A model generated the notes under the pieces. The model ran no database searches and was not told where the DNA came from. It was given only the letters and a program-made list of their open reading frames with translations. This document shows, piece by piece, positions 1-8,076 of a stretch of DNA of 64,000 bases. The translations under genes were made by a program, and so were the position numbers. Where the stretch lies: NCBI GenBank assembly GCA_028716785.1, contig JAQUPD010000004.1, forward strand, positions 31,465 to 95,464, in the 5' to 3' direction. The DNA is from Fidelibacterota bacterium (lineage in GTDB: Bacteria; Fidelibacterota; Fidelibacteria; Fidelibacterales; Fidelibacteraceae). Positions within the stretch are counted from its first letter, which is position 1. Every line of letters starts with the position of its first letter.

Positions 1-201
1 GTTGAAAACAGTTGGAGCGAAAAATCAGGAGAGAAAGGATTCTTTGTTATGACAAATAGGTGGTTTAAGGAGTATAATTATCAGGTTGTTATTCATAAAA
101 AGTATTTAAGTCCTGAGCTTTTGGAAGCAGCAAAGCAAACGCCCATTGTTCTTAAACCGTGGGATCCAATGGGATCTTTGGCGATTGGTTGTACTTATTA
201 G
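1..201 (+). CDS. pepC: Aminopeptidase C / bleomycin-hydrolase-type C1 cysteine peptidase, C-terminal fragment (gene begins upstream of the window)
   Basis: Frame 1 is open from base 1 to TAG at 199-201. It reads VENSWSEKSGEKGFFVMTNRWFKEYNYQVVIHKKYLSPELLEAAKQTPIVLKPWDPMGSLAIGCTY. NSW..G..G.F.M...WF.EY.YQ.V and the near-terminal PWDPMG.LA match the conserved PepC C-terminus as I remember it. It is absent from the ORF track because there is no in-window start. Confidence 0.7.
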   Translation, partial: VENSWSEKSGEKGFFVMTNRWFKEYNYQVVIHKKYLSPELLEAAKQTPIVLKPWDPMGSLAIGCTY

Positions 202-1444
202 GTTGGAAGGTATGATATACTTCAGGTGCAATATAATGGCTTCCGTAAATAAGAAGGATGCCTTGAGAAGGGGTTGTTTCCAGAGCTTTATTAAGGGCTT
301 CATCAAGTGAGGATGTAACTTCGGTTTTGGACCGTGAAGCAGACAATGCTTCCAAGGCCTCTTTTGTTACACTCCGGTGAGAATTCACGGGTGATAGAAA
401 ACAATGGGCTGCAAAAGGAAGGAGGATATCCACAATGTTATGGATATCTTTATCACCTAACATTCCAATAACAAGAGTTAATGGCTTATGGGGAAAGAGA
501 GTAAGAACCAACTCTTTTAACCGTTCCACTCCTGAAGGATTGTGGGCAACATCATAGAAAACGAAAGGGTTTTCTCTTAAGAGTTCAAAACGGCCTCTCC
601 ATTCAACGGATGTAAGTCCTTCTATAACAGCTGATTTAGGCAAATTCCCCTGTGTAAAAAGGTCACATGCTTTTATGGCAAGAGCAAAATTTTCGAGTTG
701 ATGAATCCCCATCAGTGGCGTTTTAATCCAGGAATTATAACGCTTCATTTTCAGGAACATACCCTCTGGTTTTAAGCGAAAATCAGAAAAGTAATCAAAG
801 GGATTTATTTTATAAAAAGGGGCATGTTTGTTATTGGCATGGTATTGAAGGACCTCCAAGACAGTAGGATCTTGTGAACATGTTACGAGGGGTGTGTTTT
901 GTTTAATAATGCCTGCTTTTTCACCTGCAATAGCACGTAGGGTTTCGCCCAAAATATTAGTATGGTCATGGGCTATAGAGGTGATCACAGTAACCTGTGG
1001 CTTTAAAACATTTGTCGCGTCAAGTCGTCCCCCAAGACCCGTCTCAATAATTGCAGCATTCACATGATAATCTCGAAAAAGTGAAAAGGCAAGTCCTGTT
1101 GTGATTTCAAAAAAGGAAATTTCATGCTCCTCAAGCCAGGGCTGCCAGATCGAAAGTTTAGATTCAATACTTTCTTCTGGTACGGGAGAGCCATTAATAC
1201 AGATGCGTTCATTAAAATGAACAAGATGAGGTGATGTAAATCGTCCTGTGATGTAACCGGCATGACGCAGAATAGCTTCACAGACCGCTACAACAGATCC
1301 CTTTCCGTTGGTTCCTGCTACATGAATTGACTGAAAGGCATTTTCGGGATGATCTAATCGTGCCATCAGTTCATGAGTTCTTTCAAGCCCCAGTTTCATC
1401 TGTCCGCCTAAGCGGGCATAAAGATCACTTAAATATTCCTTCAT
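152..1444 (-). CDS. folC: Folylpolyglutamate synthase / dihydrofolate synthase
   Basis: 430 aa with the Mur-ligase/FolC P-loop HVAGTNGKGS. The start overlaps the murI stop in ATGA (1441-1444). The 3' end overlaps convergent pepC by 50 nt. Confidence 0.85.
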   Translation of the reverse strand: MKEYLSDLYARLGGQMKLGLERTHELMARLDHPENAFQSIHVAGTNGKGSVVAVCEAILRHAGYITGRFTSPHLVHFNERICINGSPVPEESIESKLSIWQPWLEEHEISFFEITTGLAFSLFRDYHVNAAIIETGLGGRLDATNVLKPQVTVITSIAHDHTNILGETLRAIAGEKAGIIKQNTPLVTCSQDPTVLEVLQYHANNKHAPFYKINPFDYFSDFRLKPEGMFLKMKRYNSWIKTPLMGIHQLENFALAIKACDLFTQGNLPKSAVIEGLTSVEWRGRFELLRENPFVFYDVAHNPSGVERLKELVLTLFPHKPLTLVIGMLGDKDIHNIVDILLPFAAHCFLSPVNSHRSVTKEALEALSASRSKTEVTSSLDEALNKALETTPSQGILLIYGSHYIAPEVYHTFQPNKYNQSPKIPLDPTV

Positions 1445-2298
1445 GGATTTTGTTGAGAATACTGGGAAAGGGTTTCAATAGATATTTTTTGAATGTTTTT
1501 CAGCTCATATCCTAAAAACCGACTGCTTATGGCGGTAAATTTTCGCGGAAAGTCTGTCACATAAAAAAGATCTGTTCCAGGAATAGTTTGTGGGTTGAGC
1601 AAATTCAAGGCTTCTAAAGCGTGCCTTACAGCTTGTGCTACTACCTGGGATGAATCAACAATCGTTACGTTAAGGGGAAGGATTGTTTGTAATACAGGTT
1701 TTAAAATCGGATAATGAGTGCATCCCAAAATGAGAGTATCGATGGCTAATGAGATTAAGGGATTTAGATATTCTTCGGCTATCATTTTCGTGACGAGATG
1801 ATGTTCCCATCCTTCTTCCACAAGGGGAACGAAGAGAGGACATGGAACAGAATAGACCTGAAGGCTAGGATCATATTCGTGGATTTTTTTGGGATAAGCC
1901 TCACTTTCGATCGTTGCACGGGTTCCTATAACTCCAACACGTTTTCTTTGCGTTAAGCGGAGTGCTTCTAAAACACCAGGTTCTATCACGTTAATAACGG
2001 GAAGATGTGTTAGAGTCATTACGACATCTAAGGCAAGGCTAGAAGCCGTATTACAGGCAATCACTAGCGCTTTTACGGGTTGATTTAAAAGAAATCGAGT
2101 TATTTGTGAGGTAAAATCACGTATTGTTGCGGTACTTTTTGAACCATAGGGAACCCGGGCTGTATCCCCAAGATAGATAATATTTTCCGAAGGTAACAGA
2201 GTCCGTATTTGTCGATAAACTGTTAATCCACCTAAACCACTATCAAAAATTCCAATGGGCAAATAGGTAAAATCAGTTGATGGGGATATCTTTTTCAT
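1441..2298 (-). CDS. murI: Glutamate racemase
   Basis: 285 aa with IFDSGLGGLTV, ACNTAS and GCTHYP, the two catalytic-Cys motifs of MurI. Confidence 0.9.
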   Translation of the reverse strand: MKKISPSTDFTYLPIGIFDSGLGGLTVYRQIRTLLPSENIIYLGDTARVPYGSKSTATIRDFTSQITRFLLNQPVKALVIACNTASSLALDVVMTLTHLPVINVIEPGVLEALRLTQRKRVGVIGTRATIESEAYPKKIHEYDPSLQVYSVPCPLFVPLVEEGWEHHLVTKMIAEEYLNPLISLAIDTLILGCTHYPILKPVLQTILPLNVTIVDSSQVVAQAVRHALEALNLLNPQTIPGTDLFYVTDFPRKFTAISSRFLGYELKNIQKISIETLSQYSQQNP

Positions 2299-3766
2299 AT
2301 TTGTCTTTGAATTCTTTTATCGCTAAAAAAAGAGACTCGGCAATCTGTTGGCGGTAAGAGGCTCTGTTCAATTTTTCTAAATCTGATTTATTGGATATAA
2401 AACCTACTTCTGTAAGAATGTTTGGCATTGATGCGCCCAAGAGGACATAAAATCCTGCTTGTTTAACACCGCGAGATGTCGTTTTAAGTTTTTTTGTATA
2501 ATTTTTTTCAACTAAAGCCGCCAACTCTTCACTTTCTTTCATAAAAGTACTTTGAGCCATGGATGCAAGAATATATTGTTCGTTAGTTATTTGTTCATAA
2601 ATTTTCTGGTTTTCCTCGAGTCGGATCACCTGATTTTCACGTTCAGCGATTTTTATAGCCTCTTCTGTAAGCCGAGGAGCGAGAATGAATGTTTCGCTTC
2701 CATTAATCCGTCGATTTTCATGACTGTTACAATGAACACTAATAAAAATTTTTCCATTGGCATTATTGGCTATTTGAGTCCGCTGATGTAAAGGGATAAA
2801 GACATCTGTTTTACGTGTATATACGACATTCATCCCTAAATCGCGTTCTAATAGACGCCCAAGTCGAAGCACAATATCTAATGTTATATCTTTTTCTTTT
2901 ACTCCATTTGCCCCCCGGGCACCGGGATCTCTTCCTCCATGACCAGCATCCAAAACAATGGTATTGATAAGCCATTTTTCTGATTCTTTTGAGATTTTTT
3001 CATCAGCAGAAAGGGTCGTTGGTTTTCGTAAATTTATAACGATGTCTCGTGTATCCGGATCAATGTAAAAATCGTAATCTGAGATGAGGTTTCGTAATTG
3101 AAAAGATAATTGAAACGTTTCTCCCATTTGAATGGGAATAATATGTCGTAGGATACCCGAAGAATAAGATTTGCTTAATTGCAATGTGTCACCAGTCGCA
3201 CCATAAATGGTACAGTAAAGCCACCCATTCCGTCCTTCCCAAATGTTAATGTCTTCTTCTTTAAATAAACGGGATGTTTCAATGCGCAGAGTAGATCCAT
3301 TTTTATAGTTTTGCAGCTTAATGTCCTGGATGCTATAAGCACCAGGGTCCAAAATGAGCAAGTTCGATTGTGAATTAAAATAAAGATTGGGAAACACTTC
3401 AGTATGAAGAAAGCGTATCCATTCGCTAAGTGGCATGACAAGATCATTCTTGTAACGCTCTACCGGACCTGGCAAATGATACATATAAACATCAATAGGA
3501 ATAAAAGCACTTCCTCCACGAATGGTTATCATATATGATTCCAATTTTCCCGTGATGACCCCGTGAGATGTGTCATAAAAGGGATCTTCACCAATTTCCA
3601 TCATAAAATCTGAGACAGAAATCCAAGGATACCCATAGATTTCATAAACGGGGATGTTAACTCCCGGATCCATGGTTGTTTGTTTTACAGTTAGGAAGGG
3701 GGAGCCATATAAAAAGACAGGAATGAAAAAAAAGAGAGAAAAGCTATATCGCCAGAACAGTTTCAT
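2273..3766 (-). CDS. N-acetylmuramoyl-L-alanine amidase (Amidase_3 family) with a long N-terminal non-catalytic region
   Basis: 497 aa with a signal-like N-terminus. The C-terminal half carries VLDAGHGGRDPGA ... FISVHCNS ... GSETF, typical of AmiA/B/C-type amidases. Confidence 0.8.
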   Translation of the reverse strand: MKLFWRYSFSLFFFIPVFLYGSPFLTVKQTTMDPGVNIPVYEIYGYPWISVSDFMMEIGEDPFYDTSHGVITGKLESYMITIRGGSAFIPIDVYMYHLPGPVERYKNDLVMPLSEWIRFLHTEVFPNLYFNSQSNLLILDPGAYSIQDIKLQNYKNGSTLRIETSRLFKEEDINIWEGRNGWLYCTIYGATGDTLQLSKSYSSGILRHIIPIQMGETFQLSFQLRNLISDYDFYIDPDTRDIVINLRKPTTLSADEKISKESEKWLINTIVLDAGHGGRDPGARGANGVKEKDITLDIVLRLGRLLERDLGMNVVYTRKTDVFIPLHQRTQIANNANGKIFISVHCNSHENRRINGSETFILAPRLTEEAIKIAERENQVIRLEENQKIYEQITNEQYILASMAQSTFMKESEELAALVEKNYTKKLKTTSRGVKQAGFYVLLGASMPNILTEVGFISNKSDLEKLNRASYRQQIAESLFLAIKEFKDKYEKDIPIN

Positions 3767-3777
3767 AGTTTTGTAAT

Positions 3778-5178
3778 TTAGCGGTTCGCAGAATTCAAAG
3801 CAATTTGCAATTGAAGGATACTTCGCTTCTCATCTGGGCTAACTGAAAATCCTCCACCAATGCTCCAAGTATTTTTTGAGTAAAGAACCGTTATATCAAG
3901 GGCAGTTAAATGCTTGTTCCGTGCTTTTTGAATCACCACCTGTTGTCCACAGTAAAGACGCGTATACCAAAGATCTGTAGTCCCTCCTATCACGTGGCTT
4001 AGCTGGAGTTTAACGTGGAAAGGCTTTTGTTGGAACGTTAAAAGAATAAACCCTGTTGAAGAAGGTATCTTACCATTTGTTGCAACTAACCAAGCACTTT
4101 GAATATCCCAAAAGGATGTAAGAGGGAGTAAAAAAGATTGTTTAATTGTTATTATGCGATTATTTGTGTTCGTAAAGAGATAGGGGGACTGTGATTCCTC
4201 CTTAAGAGTCTGTTCAGTAGTCAATTGGACCAGAGATTCACTCACCATATTTCCTATCTTAAAAAAAAGAAGAGCTTCTATTTTTTGATGGTAACTATCC
4301 TTTTGCGTTTGTTGAAGAAAAGACGCCTGAACCGTGCTTTTTAAAGGGCCTTTTACTTTAAAACCCCAACCAAGACCACGGCATCCTGCAATATCTCCAC
4401 CAAACCATGGATTTTTTCCTAAAGCAGGGGAAAAGTCATCAGCTGTTATGTACGAGAGAAAAATAATACCTCCTCCAGAATACAGAATGGTTAAGTCATT
4501 ACTTAAATGGCCGTAGTGTCTCTTGTTGATATGATAGGAAGCATTTGTTTTTAGAAGAAAGTGGGATCCCTGAATCTGAATGAGTACTTCTTCCCACTGG
4601 TCGGGGGAATGATAAAACTGAAATTTTCTTTTTGGAAAAGAGAGCCCCAAAGACCCTCCCATACCATAATCACTTGAAAAAAAGGAAAGAGAATATTTAT
4701 CATAAGAAAGGGATCCAAAGCCTGAAAAAGAAGAAGAGGTGTATGGCCCTTTTCGATGGCTTACAGGTTGCTTAAAACGAAGATTTCCTGGATAAAGAGT
4801 CGTTCGGGATGTTGCTTTACCTACAATCCAACCTTGGGCATGAGAGACCAAAACTGTCCCAATACTTAAGGAAAAATTATCGCTATGAAAATGAAGTGAG
4901 GACCCGTATTCTTCTTTTTCCCTCCCTGCTTTTCCATAAGTATTCAAGGTTAAAAATGGCCAAGGAGAAATATTCAAACGGTGAGAATAAGGATAATCAC
5001 TTTCAGTGCGTAATTGAAAGCGGATGTTTCCTGATGCAACGGAATCAAGAATGGATTGTAAAAATTCCGGGTCTTCGGTAAATAAAAGGGATGATTGAGC
5101 ATTTATGGTATTTAAAAATCCCAAGAAACAGAAGATCCCGAGCATAAACCGAGATAAGGATGCCATCGGACTATCCAT
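3778..5178 (-). CDS. Hypothetical secreted / outer-membrane-like protein
   Basis: 466 aa with a signal-like segment FMLGIFCFLGFLNTINAQ and Gly/aromatic-rich alternating stretches. I recognise no family. The start is uncertain (ATG at 5178, 5166 or 5145). It overlaps the upstream gene by 34-67 nt. Confidence 0.5.
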   Translation of the reverse strand: MDSPMASLSRFMLGIFCFLGFLNTINAQSSLLFTEDPEFLQSILDSVASGNIRFQLRTESDYPYSHRLNISPWPFLTLNTYGKAGREKEEYGSSLHFHSDNFSLSIGTVLVSHAQGWIVGKATSRTTLYPGNLRFKQPVSHRKGPYTSSSFSGFGSLSYDKYSLSFFSSDYGMGGSLGLSFPKRKFQFYHSPDQWEEVLIQIQGSHFLLKTNASYHINKRHYGHLSNDLTILYSGGGIIFLSYITADDFSPALGKNPWFGGDIAGCRGLGWGFKVKGPLKSTVQASFLQQTQKDSYHQKIEALLFFKIGNMVSESLVQLTTEQTLKEESQSPYLFTNTNNRIITIKQSFLLPLTSFWDIQSAWLVATNGKIPSSTGFILLTFQQKPFHVKLQLSHVIGGTTDLWYTRLYCGQQVVIQKARNKHLTALDITVLYSKNTWSIGGGFSVSPDEKRSILQLQIALNSANR

Positions 5179-5885
5179 TGAAATTTCCAGGAATGATACA
5201 TGAGAGAAAAAGACATGTGTGTTGCATGACTCAGACTAAACCAAGCTGCATGCCAAACGGTATATCGACCCCCTTTAATAGAAGTCCCTATTGCCCAATC
5301 AGGATTAAATCCTTGTCTGCAATAAACACCTGTTAAAACGTGAACAGTTGGAATCATCTGATATGAAAAGGTCCCAAACCATGCCGGTGTATTTAAGGCA
5401 GGACTTCCTTTAGGTTGAGAGAGAAATGGATGTTTATCAAAACCAATAGAAGTTTTTACACGCCTTGTAGGATACATTTTCAAACGCCAAGAGAATGAAA
5501 ATTCATGAACAGCGGTAAAATCTGATGGAGCAACACGCGTCCAATCAAAAGAGAAATCACCAGAAATAAGCGTAGTAAATGTTCGGTAAAAACGAAAATC
5601 AAATACTTGTGTCGACATTAAATCGTGAAATTGAAATGAACAGTCAAGCCCAAAAGATGCTTTTTCTTTTTGAAGGAATCCCTGGAAACCACCTTCTTTA
5701 ATAAAAGAATTACTATATCCTCGGAAAGAAAAAATAAGAGAAGAGTCGCTATACAGGGAATCTGAAAAAATATCTTCTTCAAGCCAAGCTAGCCCGTAAT
5801 TTCCCACAGCGTGAGAAAAAAATTCAACGCCTTTTACCTCCATGGGAAAAATAATTAGGCTTAGAATCAAAAATAAATTTTTCAT
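5112..5885 (-). CDS. Hypothetical outer-membrane beta-barrel-like protein
   Basis: 257 aa with signal peptide MKNLFLILSLIIFPMEVKG and an alternating aromatic pattern. It ends in SWDF, a C-terminal Phe as in many OMPs. Confidence 0.5.
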   Translation of the reverse strand: MKNLFLILSLIIFPMEVKGVEFFSHAVGNYGLAWLEEDIFSDSLYSDSSLIFSFRGYSNSFIKEGGFQGFLQKEKASFGLDCSFQFHDLMSTQVFDFRFYRTFTTLISGDFSFDWTRVAPSDFTAVHEFSFSWRLKMYPTRRVKTSIGFDKHPFLSQPKGSPALNTPAWFGTFSYQMIPTVHVLTGVYCRQGFNPDWAIGTSIKGGRYTVWHAAWFSLSHATHMSFSLMYHSWKFQWIVRWHPYLGLCSGSSVSWDF

Positions 5886-6076
5886 AAGAAAAAATACAAA
5901 ATCTTAAAACATATAGCAACATAATATTATATTAATTATATTAGTAAGACATTATAATTGAAATAGGTTTTATACAAAAAAATAGGGGAAATGAATTTTA
6001 AGGCATACGTTATTCCTCTCAAATTTTAAAAAGCATTTCATTGTATTCATGGGTTGTTATGCATTATTATCTTAAC

Positions 6077-6237
6077 ATATTTCCCGGATTCAACGATTAC
6101 GTGCAAAACTTGACACCTCATAAAGTCGGGAGGCGGAGAAGGGAGAACGGAGAGGAAGGACGGAGGGATGAGGCTTGCCACGGATGTGTATAGAGACCTC
6201 AGGTGTAGAGATTTTGGATTTCGTGATCAAATTCAAC
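6077..6237 (-). repeat. Copy A of a ~165-bp noncoding repeat (element X); its partner is at 23230-23403 in the opposite orientation
   Basis: The reverse complement of 6077-6237 aligns by eye with 23230-23403. Shared blocks are GATCACGAAATCCAA, GTCTCTATACACATCCGTGGCAA.CCTCATCCC and GTTGAATCCGGGAAATAT. The central part is pyrimidine-rich in both copies. Confidence 0.65.
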
Positions 6238-6337
6238 GTTCCTCATTCTTATTTGAGGTGCGCTTATGACGTGAATTCACGTTTCTAAACAAAGAGGATC
6301 ATTCCTTTGTAAAATTCTTTTGAATATTAAATCTTAT

Positions 6338-6366
6338 TTAACATATTTCACAAGATTGGATATAAT
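6338..6366 (+). promoter_or_regulatory. Candidate sigma-70-type promoter for the 6391 gene
   Basis: TTAACA (6338-6343), 17-nt spacer, TATAAT (6361-6366). GAGGA at 6375-6379 lies 11 nt before the ATG at 6391. Confidence 0.3.
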
Positions 6367-6390
6367 GGAAAAATGAGGAAAAAATGATTC

Positions 6391-7161
6391 ATGAGTGAGA
6401 AGAGAAAGAAACAAAAAAAGAGAATTCTTAGGCCAGAAGTTATTGTATGGTTTATTCGACTTACGCTAATTATCTCTATTTTATTGAATTGCGTCGTTGT
6501 TTTTCTTCATATTTTTCAAGACAGACATATTGAGAGAAGAGAAGTTCTTGAAGCGTCATCGGATCAATTTGAACTCATTTCCCTGGCAGTTTTAGCATTA
6601 ATTCTTACTTTTTTACCCAATTATATTGAGCGACGTCAAAACGTCCATTTTCCTCAAGTATTGGAACTGACAATTATATTATTTATGTATTCGAGTATAT
6701 ATCTCAGTGCTCGGTACGAATTATATTATCGTTTTTTTTGGTGGGATGATTTACTCCATACCTTGTCGGGTGTTATTACAGGTTTTATTGGTTTTTTGTT
6801 TGTATATAGACTTAATCACAAATATACCATGAATATAAATCCCCTTTTTATTGCCCTATTTGCTTTTACTTTTTCTGTTACATTTGCTGTTTTTTGGGAG
6901 ATTTTTGAATTTATAATGGATGTTAATTTTGGAACAAACATGCAAAGATGGAATTTGCCAGAAAGTACTATTTTAATGGGGAAACATTATCAAGGGAGTG
7001 GCCTTCGCGACACCATGTCAGATTTAATCTTAGCATCTATTGGTGCCTTGGGAACATCGGTTGTGTGCTACTTTTTATATAAAAATGAAAAGCGCAAAGC
7101 GTTAAAGATAATGAGAGAAACTTTTCCAGAAAAAGCACCTAACCCTGACAAATCTTCTTGA
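6391..7161 (+). CDS. Multi-pass membrane protein of unknown function
   Basis: 256 aa with a basic N-terminus and several hydrophobic helices. Motifs are WWDDLLHTLSG and WEIFEFIMD. It resembles DUF2238/YjdF-type membrane proteins from memory only. Confidence 0.6.
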   Translation: MSEKRKKQKKRILRPEVIVWFIRLTLIISILLNCVVVFLHIFQDRHIERREVLEASSDQFELISLAVLALILTFLPNYIERRQNVHFPQVLELTIILFMYSSIYLSARYELYYRFFWWDDLLHTLSGVITGFIGFLFVYRLNHKYTMNINPLFIALFAFTFSVTFAVFWEIFEFIMDVNFGTNMQRWNLPESTILMGKHYQGSGLRDTMSDLILASIGALGTSVVCYFLYKNEKRKALKIMRETFPEKAPNPDKSS

Positions 7162-7341
7162 TAAAATGTTAATTTTTTGTCATCGACTTTTTTAAGGGAT
7201 ACAAATTTTAAATTCTCTGTTCTTATCAAGAAAAAATGTCAAACGTTTCTTTTAATTGATGCACAAAAAAGAAATTAAGATAAGTCCAAGCCCCGGTTAA
7301 TGTTAGTAAATGCTTCCTCAGGAAGGGAATTACCATTATCT

Positions 7342-7895
7342 TTATAGTGAAGGATGTAGGTATGATTTTTTTATCGACCTAAAATGAATATCTATTTTTT
7401 CTCCTTTGCTGTAGGGAAAGACATATTTATAAGAATTTGTAAAAAGTTCATTTGATCTTATACCAAATTTAAACATAATTTGAAAATCAATAATTTCATC
7501 ATCAATGTCTTTTTGAATATGAAGGATTGTGTCATGGGTATATGAGCTCACAATATGATTAATAAAGCATTCCACAGCTTTCACCCATATGATCAAATAT
7601 TTTTGAAGTTCAAAGTTCTTATATGACTTTTGAGTCGTTCATGTTATATGGGATTTTAACACCTGTTTCAGGATATTTTACTAAAAATTTGATCTAATAT
7701 TTCTTGATTTAACAGTTTTTTTATAGGAATGCCATTTTTCAGATAATTTTTTCCAAAAAGCTGTCTTGCAGATTGATTGCTGATTGTAAGTTGTTGGTTG
7801 TAAAAAGATTTTCATGGTTTAAAATAATTATACCATCTTGAATTGACTCAAAAACAGCTGTTGGGGTCGTAGGTAAAATATCAAAAAGTTTATAA
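7342..7895 (-). pseudogene. Remnant of a PAS-containing sensor histidine kinase (HisKA_2/HWE-like), broken by stops and frameshifts
   Basis: The minus-strand translation gives a PAS-like piece, YKLFDILPTTPTAVFESIQDGIIILNHENLFTTNNLQSAINLQDSFLEKII, followed by a stop. After frame changes comes the 84-aa ORF 7342-7596. Its segment SNELFTNSYKYVFPYSKGEKIDIHF resembles the N-box region (NELvTNa.KYAF...G.I.I) of HisKA_2-type kinases. Confidence 0.4.
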
Positions 7896-8076
7896 ATTTT
7901 TTTAAAAAATTGTACAGCTCTGATATATCATTAGTCTGTTTAAGCAATAATATGAAGCGATAAATTTTAAAATTTTCAAAAGTATTGATGATAATAAAAA
8001 TAGCAAAGACTCATGGAACAAGGTCATTTATAATTTTTATGATTATAAAATATGTTATTATTGACGTTTTTAATAA

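Noticed and set aside
3778-5885. Idea that 5112-5885 and 3778-5178 are one frameshifted gene
   Set aside because: Each ORF has its own N-terminal signal-like hydrophobic segment, and the upstream one ends in an OMP-type C-terminal Phe. Two genes is the simpler reading.
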